64,000 nucleotides of DNA. It comes from a virus. Taxonomy: Duplodnaviria; Caudoviricetes. The DNA lies in IMG/VR virus record IMGVR_UViG_3300043078_000170; one strand, given 5' to 3'. This document shows positions 30,666-42,500 of the stretch, one piece after another. The stretch's first letter is position 1, and each line of letters starts with the position of its first letter. The notes beneath the pieces were generated by a model. The model searched no databases. It saw only the letters and a program-made list of their open reading frames with translations, and was not told the DNA's origin. Made by a program: the position numbers and the translations under genes.

Positions 30666-31409
30666 ATGGCTATTTTTAATATTATTTCAAATAATCAAAT
30701 TCAAATTAATATGGTTGAGTTCATTAAAGGACAAATTCCAATTAATGAAAAATTTCCTAATCCAAATAGAGGAAGTAAATTTGTAAATGTCTTTGACAAT
30801 ATGGTAGGTCAAATTGAAGAAGAGATATATGAAACTAAAGAAGCTTTACACAAAAATGTAAAATTTAAAAGTTCTACTTATCAGACGAATGAATCATTGG
30901 AAGAATTTGTTGATTCATTTATGTATATTGGTAGTTTACTTGTAGAAGCTGCTAATTATTTTAATGTAGATATTAATGAAATACTTCTTGAAGAAAAGTT
31001 AAATTATGTAAATATTTATAATAATTATGTAAAAGATAATCTTAATGATAGATGTGTTCCACATGATGAATTTCTTTCTCATATTCGTAGAAAGATTTAT
31101 GATCGTAAATATCATAAAGAAGCTGGACCAGTTCCTGTTAATTATGATACAAAGATTATAAATAGTATTATTGTAGGTGGATTACTTCCTAGAATGGGAG
31201 ATAGTGATTCTTCATTTCATAATAAATATCTAGCTTATAAAATTCCAAAGTTTGTTGATAATATGAATCCTTTTATGCAAGATTTATTTTTCTGTTATGA
31301 TAATGGATTCTGTAAATCAGATGATGAAAGAATTAAAACTATTCCAAAGAGAATTTCAACTTTAAATGATATTATTAATAAAAAGCAGAACTTTATTAGT
31401 TCTCTTTAA
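30666..31409 (+). CDS. All-alpha NTP pyrophosphohydrolase (MazG/dimeric dUTPase-like)
   Basis: EEEIYETKEA ... ESLEEFVDSFMY = ExxE...ExxD metal-binding signature. Confidence 0.6.
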   Translation: MAIFNIISNNQIQINMVEFIKGQIPINEKFPNPNRGSKFVNVFDNMVGQIEEEIYETKEALHKNVKFKSSTYQTNESLEEFVDSFMYIGSLLVEAANYFNVDINEILLEEKLNYVNIYNNYVKDNLNDRCVPHDEFLSHIRRKIYDRKYHKEAGPVPVNYDTKIINSIIVGGLLPRMGDSDSSFHNKYLAYKIPKFVDNMNPFMQDLFFCYDNGFCKSDDERIKTIPKRISTLNDIINKKQNFISSL

Positions 31410-31420
31410 TTAATATATTA

Positions 31421-31455
31421 TCCCATAAGGCTTAAATTAATAAAGCCTTATGGGA
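31421..31455 (+). terminator. Intrinsic terminator
   Basis: TCCCATAAGGCTT/AAGCCTTATGGGA followed by a long T run. Confidence 0.8.
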
Positions 31456-31548
31456 TATTTTTTTTTTTGGTTTTGAGAAATTTCTATTTTTTAACAAGCA
31501 TTTATACTTATTTTATATAAATTATTTTAAGAAAGGAAGTGAAATTAA

Positions 31549-34500
31549 ATGGCTGGTTATAAATCTAGTAAAGAATTGTTAGACAAAGGAAAAAACAATT
31601 TAAAAGAAATGTCTGGACAAAATAAAGATTTAAATGAAACTATCGCTAGTTATTCTGAAGAGGAAACAAGATTAAATGCTCCTACAAGTTCTAGAATGCA
31701 AGCAATAGCTGTTAGTGAAAAATTTATAAGTTCATTACAAGAAACTTCATCTTTAATAGAACAAACTAATTCTAGTTTAGTTGGTTTTAAAAGTGCTTTA
31801 GAAGGTGTTGCTTCACAAGCTACAACAGCTACAAATTGTTTATTAGCTTCTAGCTTAGTAAGCTTAACTCAAATTAATAGTGTATTAAGTGCTTTTAGAG
31901 CAGATTTCTTAATAAATAGCTCTGGTGGAAAAGCTGATGGTACAGGTTATTATGATAAAAATCTTTTAACACAATCTTTAAGAGATATTAAAATACAAGA
32001 TAGAGCAGTATTATCAATATTAAAATATGTAAATAAAGCTGCTAATTATGCTAATAAATCTTCAAATACTGTTAGAAGCCAACTTGGTAATAATACTATG
32101 GCTAAAGATGATGATGATGAATCAAATGGTATTATGGATAAACTACTTGGTGGTCTAACTCAAGCAAAAGGTCTTGCAGGATTAGGAGCATTTCTACAAT
32201 TAGCTCCAGGAAAAGGTAAAGTAGGTAAAGCTTTAAATAAAATAGGCGGTAAAGCTGCTAATTTTGCACAAGCTGATACATCTAGTATAGGTGGATTACT
32301 TGAATCATTAATGTCTGATAAACAAAAAGCACAAATACTTGATCCTTTAAAATCTCTTGGTATGGATTTAGGTAATAAAAATGACCCTTTAAGCCAAATG
32401 CTTGGAGATTTTATGAAAAAGAATGGTCTTTCTAAATCTAAAAAAGAAAAAGAAAAAGACCCTAAATTAGTAATGACATCATTAGCTCCTTTTGCAGATG
32501 ATATTAAAGATATGGTTGAAGTAAAAGTAAAAGCTATGCATGCTAGACCAACTTCAATACCTGATTATGCAACTCCTGTATGGGTTGTTAATAGTGAAGA
32601 ACAAACAGACTATGTAAAAAATAAAGATAAAACTAAAGATAAAGAATTAACTAATAAAAGAATTGATGAAATATTCCAAGGTGTTGCCAATAATACTAAA
32701 GATAAATTTGGTAATGATTTATTAACTGCTAACTACGGAGAAAATGGTGTTACATATTCTGGTGTATTAGCTGATAAATATAGTAAAGGTAAAAAAGCTG
32801 TTAATGCTAGAAATGAATTAAATGATAAACAAAAAGCATCACAGAAAAAAGTTTATGACAGAAACCATGAAGAATCTAGCTGGATAGATGAAAATGGTAA
32901 AATACAAAAAGGTGGAGGAGATTTTAAACAAGCAGCTGAAGAATTTAGTAAAAGTAGAGGTGCTGCTGATAACTCTGGTATTTTAGGTGCAGCAGGTAGT
33001 TTACTAAGTGGTGATACTGAAGGAGCTTTGAATGTAGCATTACAAAGTATAATGAGCGGTGATGGTATCTCTGGTGCTTTTGGTTATGGTAAAGGTTTAT
33101 TTAATTTAGGAAAATCTGCTTTTGGTGGCATTAAAGGTTCACATAAAGGTGGTAAAAAGAAAGGAACTGGTAGTAAACCATATTTAGTACAAGTTCATGA
33201 TAATGAAAGAATTCTTGGACCAGATAATGTAGCTGAACAAACTGCAATAAATGATACATCTAAAATACTCGGTATGACAATTGGTATGTTAAACTATGGT
33301 ATTTCATTAACACAAATGAAAAATCAGTTATTTATTAAATATGTCAATAAAGAGAAATTTTCTCCTGAAGAATTACAAACTAATAATGAATTATTAGGTG
33401 CAGATGCTATTGCACAAATAGGTAAAGTATCTGATGCTTCTGAATATTTAAGAACTATTTCAGATTTAAAACAAAAATTATCTGGTAAGAAACAAGATAG
33501 ACAACTTGCAGAAAAACTTGATGATGGAAAACAAGAAAAAAAGAAATCTTTAAAAGATATAGTTAAAGAAAAATTAAAAGATGCTGAAAAAAAATTAAAA
33601 GATAAAGTTCAAGACTTCTTAGGTCTAAAAGAAGAAGAGGAGAAAAAAGATGAAGAAGATAAAGAGAAAAAAGTAGATGAGAAAAAAGATGAAATAGATC
33701 AACAATCTGATGCAGAAGTCTCTGAATATCAAGAAGAAAAAGCACAAGAAGTAGAAGATCAAAAAGAAGAAGTTGAAAAAAATGCACAAGCACAAGTTGC
33801 TGCAAACCAAGAAAAAATAGATCAACAAGTAGAAGATCAAGAAAAAGCACAAGAACAAGAAGGACAAGCACAAGTTGCTGCAAACCAAGAAAGAATAAAT
33901 CAAGATGTTAAGCAAAAAATTGAAGAAGATAATGAAAATGCTGAAGAAAGAAAGAAAATAATTGATAAATATGAAAATAAAATTAATGAAGTTGAGAAAA
34001 AAAGTAAAATGAAAGCTTTAAAAATAAAAATTAAAGGAACTAAAAAAGCATTAAAAGAAAAAATGAAAGGTGTTAAAGAAGCTTTTAATCTTTCAATGTT
34101 AGCTAATATTGATTTAAGTAATCTTAGTATTGATGGCATAAAAGAAATAATAAAAGATAAAATAAATGATATTAAAAGAAGTTTAATAAATAAATTAAAA
34201 GCAAAAGCTAAAATTATTCTTAAAAGTTTAACAAAGAAAAATCTTATAGAAACATTAAAAACTGAAAAGACTAATTTACTTGAACGTATTAAAGGTATGG
34301 CTCATAATGCATCCGATATTATAGAAACTATTGGTACTGGTATGGGTGCAGCAGTAGATGCTTTAGAAGCAGTTCCTATAGCAGGTCCAGCCTTAAAATT
34401 AGCAGCAGGTATTGCAGCAGGCACAGCAGTTGCAGGAATTGGTTTAGCAATTAAAAAAGCTATTGATAAGGGTAAAGAAGCTAATGTAAATGCAGATAAA

Positions 34501-37500
34501 GAAACTAAAAAATTTGAAAAATCAGCGGATAAAGAAAAAAAGAAAGCAGAAAAAGAACAAGAGAAAAAAGATAAAGAAAAAGAAAAAGAAGAAAATTCTA
34601 AAGCTAAAGCTTCAACAACTCAAGAAAAAGAAAAAGATGATAAAGATATAGATAAAACTAAAGATGAATTAGATAAATTTAAAACTGATGATGAAAAAAA
34701 TGGAAAAGCTAAACCTCATAAAAAAGGTGGTTTATTAGGTGCTTTGCTTGGTGGACCAAAAAATGATTTATTACATTATTTAAATAAAAATCAAATAAAA
34801 GCTTTAGAAACAGGTTCTAAAAGCAAATTTGCTAATTTAATGCTAAAAGATCCTAAAAAAGCAGCAAATATTATATTTATGCTTAATGGTGGACCAATGC
34901 TTTTAGGGTTTAAAGATACTAAAACAGAAGATTTAAATAATCTTGAGAGTGTTACAGCTACCAATTCTAATTCAAACTCTAGTTCTAGTAGTAAAAATAC
35001 TATTTGGTCTAAATTAAAAAATAAACTTAGTCAAAAGAAATTACTTTCTGATGATTTAAGTGATGAAGGATATTCTCAGAATATTGAAACTGCTGCTTTA
35101 CAATATGAACAAACTAAAAATAGTGCTAATATAATTTCTGCTTTTGCTAGTGGATTAGGTTTTGCAAAATTAGAAGATGACTCAGGAACTTCACTATTTA
35201 CAACAACTATTAGAAAAACAGCACAGCAAGAAGCTTTAACTAAAAACTTAGGAACAGCAACTGCTGCTTCTACAACTTCAACTGGTACAACTGCTGCTTC
35301 TACAACTTCAACTGATGATGATAGTAGCTCTTCAGACAATCGATTTAATGGTAGTAAATATATTGGCTATGATGAGGATGGTACTTGGAGTAATAGTACT
35401 ACTAATAGTGATATTGATAGTAGTGGTTATTTTTCTAAAAGTAATTCTTCATCGTCAAAAACTTTAGTTACAAAAATATTAAATAATAACTGGCTTAAAT
35501 ATAAAAATGATAATAATATAACTGATACTACAACAACTAATGGTAGTTCTTATCCTAGAAAATTTTTAAATTCTGAATATGATAAAATGTATACTGCATT
35601 TATTAGTGGTGTTCCTTTTAGTGGAACAACTTCTAAAAATTATATGCATTCTAAATTAGCAAGTTCTATTAGTGAATCAGATGCTTGGACTGTTCCAGAT
35701 TCTATTAAAAACTCAGATACAGAAAAAAATGCTGTAAGAGATTATATAAATAAAAAATCTGGAGTTAAATACACTAAATATGGTTTAGGTATTTCTGGGT
35801 TATATGGATTAGGTGATGAAAATGATGAAGACTTCTTAGATGCTTCAGGATATGCTCTTTCTAAAGGTTACAAAGAAAAAGATGGTGGTACTTACCCTCA
35901 ATTCTTTACAGACTATCTTAAAAAAGATAATATCGAAGTAGAAAATGCTGGAAGTGTTAATAAAATAAAAAATAGATTAGCTAGTGGTAGTCCAGTAATT
36001 CTTATGGGTAAAGATGAATCAGAAAATGGTACAACTCCTTATGGAGCAGAACCTCACTATGTAGTAGCTACTGGATATGACGGTAAAAATATTAGAGTAG
36101 TTGACTCTGAAAGTACTAATGATTATGATATTTATAATGCCGATAAGGTATTAAGTCATTCATCAATTAAATTAGGAACTACTAATAGTAAAAAAGGTAA
36201 AGGAAGAAAAGTTAGAAGTAAATCTGGAAGAGCTAGAAAAACTTCAAAAAATAAAAAATATGATAATAAAAGAACAGTTGGTGGTTCTAGAACATATAGT
36301 ACAACTATAATAAAATCTGCTTCTGATTACGGTACTTCAAGTTCTTCAAAAATTTCTAATAATTATTCAAAACAAAATAATTCTTCTAGAAGAGTTAGTA
36401 ATAATAGAAGAAAGAGTTATTTAAAATCAGGGAAAGGAAAATATGGAAGAGGTTATGTTGAACAAATTAATGCAAATCCAGAATTATTAAAAGGTGCTCA
36501 AGATGGTTGGACTATGTATGGTATCTTAGCATCAGTAACATTAGCACAGTCTATTATTGAATCTGGTTTTGGTACTTCTAATTTAGCAAAGAATTATCAT
36601 AACTGGTTTGGACATACTGCTGGATTCGCTAGTGATAAATATATGACTGGTACATATCAAGGATCACATGAATGGGCTGTATATACTTCTGATGGCGACT
36701 GCTTTAGAGACCATGCTTATGTATTATCAGGTCAATCAGGTAACACTAGATACATGGCTGCAGTAGGTGAAGCAGATCCTAGAGCTTCTATTACAGCAAT
36801 TGAAAATGGTGGTTATTGTGAAGGTGATCCAAATTCTTATATTGATAAAGTAATGAATATTATTGATAGTTATAATTTAACTCAATTCGATGTAGGTGAA
36901 TATAATGGTGTTGCAGCAGGCAGTGGAGCAGTAGTTTATTCTAAGACTTGTTGGACTGGTGACTCACGTACAGAACAAATGGCTAATTACTTTAGTGATT
37001 TAGAAGTATACGCTACAAAAGGTGGACAAACTATTGATTACTTTAATCAACATTATTCAGAAATTTCTGATAAAGAAGGTTATAATATTTTCTGTTGGTA
37101 TGGTGTAAATGGTGCAACAGCATCTGGAGCACAAAAGACAGCAGAAGCTTATAATAAATTAGCTACAGATTTAAAAGGTAAATCACAAGTATTCGCTGGT
37201 ACTATTGGTCATTGTCCTAATGGTACAGGAAGTGGTAAAGTAGAAGGCGGTGCAGGTCAATCTATTGAAACACAAAATGAAGGTGTTGTTACATTCAATA
37301 CTGAATTATTACAGAATCTTTCAAGTGATATTATAGTTATTGATACTTATACTTATATTAAAAGTCTTGAAGATAGTATGGGTGCAGAAGCCATGACTAC
37401 AGATAACTTACATTATACTAAAGAATGTAGCCAGAAAATTAGAGAATATGTAAATCAACAAATTCAAGCAGCTTCGGCAACAACTACTACGGCTACTTCA

Positions 37501-38139
37501 GATGCAGGTGTTGCTATTGGTGATTTATATGTAACATTAGAAGGTTATGTTGATGCTAAAGATATTTTATCACAGTATGCTTCTGGAGATGATATATGGG
37601 ATGGTGTTTCATCTTATAATTATGCAGATAGTTCTGATTATACATCTACTGCTGCTGCAAATTATGATCCAACAAGTAGTAGTGAAGATGACGAAACATC
37701 TACCGCAACTCCAACAGCTTCTAGCAGTTCTTCATCTACACCAACATCTAGTAGTACACCTTCTTCTAGTGATAGCACTTCTAGTTCTACTAGTAGTAGT
37801 ACACCTTCTTCTAGCGGTAGTACTTCTGGTTCTACTAATAATCCTACTACAACAACTACTACTACAACTCCAACAGTATCTACGCCAACTGATAGCAATA
37901 CATCTACAGAAATATATCAAAGTAATGGTACATTATATGTAGTAAATAATATTGAATATGGAATTAAAGCTAATATAGCAGATATTCTAAAAGAATTTAA
38001 TGAATTAAATGATATACAAGATGATAGTTTAGATGTATTAAATGTAATATATCAAAAATTATTAAAACGTAATGGAAAAAGTAAAAATACAAAAATTGAT
38101 GGTTATGACTATTCTTTAAAGTATAGAAGATTCGTATAA
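31549..38139 (+). CDS. Giant tail-associated lysin paralogue 1: shared N-terminus, C39-like C-half, GH73 glucosaminidase, SGNH hydrolase
   Basis: GSPVILMG..PHYVVATGYD..VVDS (35812-36180); LAQSIIESGFG..HNWFG..YIDKVMNIIDSYNLTQFD (36450-36900); GDSRT..GVN..DNLHY (36940-37470). Confidence 0.8.
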   Translation: MAGYKSSKELLDKGKNNLKEMSGQNKDLNETIASYSEEETRLNAPTSSRMQAIAVSEKFISSLQETSSLIEQTNSSLVGFKSALEGVASQATTATNCLLASSLVSLTQINSVLSAFRADFLINSSGGKADGTGYYDKNLLTQSLRDIKIQDRAVLSILKYVNKAANYANKSSNTVRSQLGNNTMAKDDDDESNGIMDKLLGGLTQAKGLAGLGAFLQLAPGKGKVGKALNKIGGKAANFAQADTSSIGGLLESLMSDKQKAQILDPLKSLGMDLGNKNDPLSQMLGDFMKKNGLSKSKKEKEKDPKLVMTSLAPFADDIKDMVEVKVKAMHARPTSIPDYATPVWVVNSEEQTDYVKNKDKTKDKELTNKRIDEIFQGVANNTKDKFGNDLLTANYGENGVTYSGVLADKYSKGKKAVNARNELNDKQKASQKKVYDRNHEESSWIDENGKIQKGGGDFKQAAEEFSKSRGAADNSGILGAAGSLLSGDTEGALNVALQSIMSGDGISGAFGYGKGLFNLGKSAFGGIKGSHKGGKKKGTGSKPYLVQVHDNERILGPDNVAEQTAINDTSKILGMTIGMLNYGISLTQMKNQLFIKYVNKEKFSPEELQTNNELLGADAIAQIGKVSDASEYLRTISDLKQKLSGKKQDRQLAEKLDDGKQEKKKSLKDIVKEKLKDAEKKLKDKVQDFLGLKEEEEKKDEEDKEKKVDEKKDEIDQQSDAEVSEYQEEKAQEVEDQKEEVEKNAQAQVAANQEKIDQQVEDQEKAQEQEGQAQVAANQERINQDVKQKIEEDNENAEERKKIIDKYENKINEVEKKSKMKALKIKIKGTKKALKEKMKGVKEAFNLSMLANIDLSNLSIDGIKEIIKDKINDIKRSLINKLKAKAKIILKSLTKKNLIETLKTEKTNLLERIKGMAHNASDIIETIGTGMGAAVDALEAVPIAGPALKLAAGIAAGTAVAGIGLAIKKAIDKGKEANVNADKETKKFEKSADKEKKKAEKEQEKKDKEKEKEENSKAKASTTQEKEKDDKDIDKTKDELDKFKTDDEKNGKAKPHKKGGLLGALLGGPKNDLLHYLNKNQIKALETGSKSKFANLMLKDPKKAANIIFMLNGGPMLLGFKDTKTEDLNNLESVTATNSNSNSSSSSKNTIWSKLKNKLSQKKLLSDDLSDEGYSQNIETAALQYEQTKNSANIISAFASGLGFAKLEDDSGTSLFTTTIRKTAQQEALTKNLGTATAASTTSTGTTAASTTSTDDDSSSSDNRFNGSKYIGYDEDGTWSNSTTNSDIDSSGYFSKSNSSSSKTLVTKILNNNWLKYKNDNNITDTTTTNGSSYPRKFLNSEYDKMYTAFISGVPFSGTTSKNYMHSKLASSISESDAWTVPDSIKNSDTEKNAVRDYINKKSGVKYTKYGLGISGLYGLGDENDEDFLDASGYALSKGYKEKDGGTYPQFFTDYLKKDNIEVENAGSVNKIKNRLASGSPVILMGKDESENGTTPYGAEPHYVVATGYDGKNIRVVDSESTNDYDIYNADKVLSHSSIKLGTTNSKKGKGRKVRSKSGRARKTSKNKKYDNKRTVGGSRTYSTTIIKSASDYGTSSSSKISNNYSKQNNSSRRVSNNRRKSYLKSGKGKYGRGYVEQINANPELLKGAQDGWTMYGILASVTLAQSIIESGFGTSNLAKNYHNWFGHTAGFASDKYMTGTYQGSHEWAVYTSDGDCFRDHAYVLSGQSGNTRYMAAVGEADPRASITAIENGGYCEGDPNSYIDKVMNIIDSYNLTQFDVGEYNGVAAGSGAVVYSKTCWTGDSRTEQMANYFSDLEVYATKGGQTIDYFNQHYSEISDKEGYNIFCWYGVNGATASGAQKTAEAYNKLATDLKGKSQVFAGTIGHCPNGTGSGKVEGGAGQSIETQNEGVVTFNTELLQNLSSDIIVIDTYTYIKSLEDSMGAEAMTTDNLHYTKECSQKIREYVNQQIQAASATTTTATSDAGVAIGDLYVTLEGYVDAKDILSQYASGDDIWDGVSSYNYADSSDYTSTAAANYDPTSSSEDDETSTATPTASSSSSSTPTSSSTPSSSDSTSSSTSSSTPSSSGSTSGSTNNPTTTTTTTTPTVSTPTDSNTSTEIYQSNGTLYVVNNIEYGIKANIADILKEFNELNDIQDDSLDVLNVIYQKLLKRNGKSKNTKIDGYDYSLKYRRFV

Positions 38140-39585
38140 TTATTGAGATAGGAGTGATAAGATATGGCAAATATGAAATCTTCAAAACAGACAGCTAATC
38201 AAGCTACTAACAATCTTGATCCAAATATGAGTAAAATAGCTGAGCAAACAAGTGCTATAGCATCAAGCTTATCTCAACAAAGTAGTTCGATTCAAGCTTT
38301 AAAAGATTCTATATCTAGAAAAGAAGCTAGTGATGAAAAATCTAATAAACAAATTACTTCATCATTACAAAATTCTGATAAATATATACTTTCTATTAAT
38401 ACTAATTTAAAAAATATGAATCAAACAATAAGCTCTATGTCAAGTGTTGTATCTAATATGACAATGAATAGTAGCGCTACAGTATCGTTGTTAGGTTCTA
38501 TTCAAACAAGTTTAGTACAAATTACAAGCGTATTAGCAGCTTTTAGGTCAGATTATTTATTAGTAAATAGTGGTAATAAAGCAGATGGTACAGGTTATTA
38601 TGATATGAACCTCTTAAAAGAAATTGGTAGTTCTTTAAGAGGTGTTAAAAGTGCTGAATTACAAAGACAAATTAATTCAATTATGAAAGCTGCTAATTAT
38701 GCTAATATGGCTTCTAATTCCGTTAGAAGTAAGCTTGGTAATAAAAATATGGCTAAAGATGGTGATGAACCAACAGGTGCTATAGACAAATTATTAGGCG
38801 GTTTAACACAAGCAAAAGGTCTTGCAGGTTTAGGAGCATTTTTACAATTAGCTCCAGGAAAAGGAAAGGTTGGTAAAGCTTTAAATAAAATAGGCGGTAA
38901 AGCTGCTAATTTTGCACAAGCTGATACATCTAGTATAGGTGGATTACTTGAATCATTAATGTCTGATAAACAAAAAGCACAAATTTTAGATCCTTTAAAA
39001 AGTTTAGGAATGGACTTAAAAGGTAAAAATGATCCTTTAAGCCAAATACTTGCTTCTTTTATGGATAAAAATGGATTATCAAAAGATAAAAAAGAAAAAG
39101 AAAAAGACCCTAATCTAGTTTGGTCGGCTTTAGCTCCTTTTGCAGATGATATTAAAGATATGGTTGAAATGTCTTATGAAGGAGTTAAAAAAAGACCTAA
39201 AGCTATTCCTATATATGCTACACCTGTATGGGTGGTTAATAGTAAAGATCAAAATAATTATGTAGATCATTCTAAAGGAACTAATGAAAAAGATTTACTT
39301 AATAAAAGAATAGATGAAATATTCCAAGGTGTTGCTAATAATACTAAAGATAAATTTGGTAATGATTTATTAGTTGATAATGGTGGAACATATTCTGGTG
39401 TATTAGCTGATAGATATAGCAAAGGTAAAAAAGCAATTAATGCTAGAAATGAATTAAATGATAAAAGAAATGCTGCTAGTAAAAAAGTTTATAATAGAAA
39501 CCATGAAGACTCTAGCTGGATAGATGAAAATGGTAAAATACAAAAAGGTGGAGGAGATTTTAAACAAGCAGCTGAAGAATTTAGT
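32224..39585 (+). repeat. Identical DNA blocks shared by the two giant paralogues (113 bp 32224-32336 = 38872-38984; 75 bp 32875-32949 = 39511-39585)
   Basis: Direct base-by-base comparison. Confidence 0.9.
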
Positions 39586-42500
39586 GGAATTGCAGGAAAA
39601 AAATACGGTCCAAACGGTGAAATTTCTGGCGGTTCTGGTATTTTAGGTGCTGCAGGTAGTTTACTAAGTGGTGATACTGAAGGAGCTTTGAATGCTGCTT
39701 TACAAAGTATAATGGAAGGTAACGGAGTCTCTGGCGCTTTTGGTTATGGTAAAGGTTTATTTAAAATGGGAAAAGCTGCTTTTGGTGGTATTAAAGGTTC
39801 ACATAAAGGTGGTAAAAAAGGTAAAGGTGTAGATCCACGTAAAAAAAATGATAAAAACTCTTATGAAAATAGAGATGAAACTACTAATGAGCATGAAGTA
39901 ACACCTATTACTGCAGAAACTACTATTTTAAATGAAAAAGATACTAAAGAAGCTAAAACTAATAGAGATATTTTAACAGGACAAATTACTGTAGCAGGTG
40001 CTATCAATGCTTTAGTAGATATGACTACACAAGAAAATATTTATTTAAGTCAAGCTGTAAATAATGGTAAAGTTGATCCAACTAAAGTTAAAAAATATCC
40101 AAGTTCTTTTGATAGTTTAATAAAATTAGCATCTTCTTTAAAAATAGATAAAGCAGGTTTAAAAGCTATTAGTCAATTTAAAAAAGTTTCTGATTTAACT
40201 AAAGTTATTAAAAAACCTAAAAATAAAACTATGACAACTTCTGAATATTTTTATGGCAAAACTCCTGAAGAATTAGAAGAAGAAAATAATGAAAAAGAAG
40301 GAGAAGAAAAGAAAGAAACTCCACTTGAAAAACTTATGAATAAAATTAATGACAAGAAAAAAGATATTACTGATAAATTAAAGGATAAAGTTACAGGTAA
40401 ATTAAAAGATAAAGTTATGCCTAAAGCTAAAGAATTAGGAAAAAAAGTATTAAATAAAGTTGAGAATAAGTTTGGAATGGCAGCAGGATCTGTAGGTAAA
40501 AAAATTAAATCTATGAAAGATATGAAAAAAAATTTTGAGGATAAAGTAGATAAAAAAGTAGATGCTGCTCTTGATAAAGGTATGGATTTAGCTGCAAAAG
40601 GTGCTAAAAAAGTTGGTGGTGCTTTAGTAGGTCTTGGTAAAAAAATGGCTAATAAAATGAAAAAGAAAAAAGACCCAAATGCCGAACTTGAGAAAATGTA
40701 TGAAGACCAATTAAAAGCTAAACGAGGTGTTGGTGAAAAAGAAATAGAAGCAGCAGAATATGCAGTTGGTGCAGAAAAGGATGCAGCAGAAGATGCAGCA
40801 GCTAAAGAAAAAGAAACGGCACAGGAAATATCGGATGAAGAAAAGAAGGCTGCAGAAGAAAGAGAAAAAACTAGAAAAGAAAATGAAGAAAAGCTTAAAG
40901 AAAAAAGAGAACAAGCTCAAGAACAAGAAATTGCACATGAACAAGCTGCTGCAGATGCTGAACTAGCAGTTAAAACAACAACTGCTGAAACTGAAGGAGC
41001 AGTTCAAGAAGCTGCAGCTACTGGCGAATCTGGTTTTAGTATTACTGGTGCTATTAAAAATGCTATAACAAAAGTTTCTGGTTTGCCATTGCCTGCTAAA
41101 ATAGCATTAGGTGCTGCTGGTGTTGCTGCAGTAGGTGCTTTAGGAGCAAAGTTAATTAAGAAAATTAAAAAAATGGCATCAGGCAAAGGTGGAAAAGGTT
41201 CTGGAGATTCTGGTGGCAGTGAAGCAAAAGCTTCAGTTAGTAAAGATGCTACAAAAGCTGCTAAAAAAGAACAAAAGAAACAAGAAAAAGAACAAAAGAA
41301 ACAAGAAAGAAAAGAAAAAAGAGAAAAAGCTAAAAAGAAAATAAAAAGAGGTGCAAGATCTTTTCTTAATAGATTAACTGGTGGATTAACTGCTGCAAAA
41401 GTTTATGTAGATGAAAATGGTGATGTTTTAAAATCTAAAGGTGACCAACCAATCATGATGTTAGATGATAATGGTGATGAAACAGACCAAACTTTAAATG
41501 TTAAAGATAGTGATGGTAAAAAGCAGTTTCTTAAAAGATTAATGAAAAGAGAATTTAAAATAGATAAAGGTAAAGCTCTTAAACAAACTTTAAATAAAAT
41601 TAAAAATAAAGCTAAAGAAAAAATAGAAGCTGCTAAAGAAAAAATATCTGAAGGTAAAGAAAATGCTAAATCTTCTTTAAAAAAAGGTCTTGGAATTGCA
41701 GGAAAAATAGGTCTTGGATTAATAGGTGGTCCAGGTGCTTTAATTGCAGGCGGTTTAGCTAAAAAAGCTATTGGTGGATTAACTAAAAAGAAAAATGAAA
41801 AAGCCGATAAATTAAATCAATTATTATTAATGTCATCTTCTGCTTATTTATTCATGGATTCTAAACTTCAAGAACAATTAGAAAATATTGAAAATAGTGA
41901 TTTTGGTAAATTAATAAATGAAAATCCACAACAAGCTTCTAGTTTATTATTTAGTACTGCTGCAAGTAGTCTTAATAGTATAATTAGTGGAGTATCAGAT
42001 GTTACAAGTGATTTATCGTCTGTTGTAAGTAGCTTAGTCGATAAGGTTACTGGTGATGATGAAGAAACTAAAGCTAAGTCTGCATATTCTTCAGACTTAT
42101 CGGATGGCTCTTTCAGTGAAAGTGCTACAGTTGCTTATGCACAGATGAATGAACGTAATAATAATAATGAAGTATTAAACTCTTTTGCTAAAAGTATAGT
42201 CGGAACAGCTTCTACAGCTAGTGATAATGGTAATGCAATGACTACTTCTAAATTAGTTAATTCAGAAAGAAAAAATAATGCTGTAAAAATTGGTGTAGTA
42301 GATGGTGTAGCAGGAAGTTCAGCAACAGCTTCTAGCGGTAATGGTGGTGCAGGTGTCTTAGCTGCAACAGCTCAAGTCTGTGTAGCTTATAATAACGCAG
42401 GTATTACTGGTAAAGAAGGTGACTATAATCAAGATGGTTTAACTCTTGATATTAATGTTGGTGGACAAACTATTAATACTAGACCTGACTGTACTGGTTT

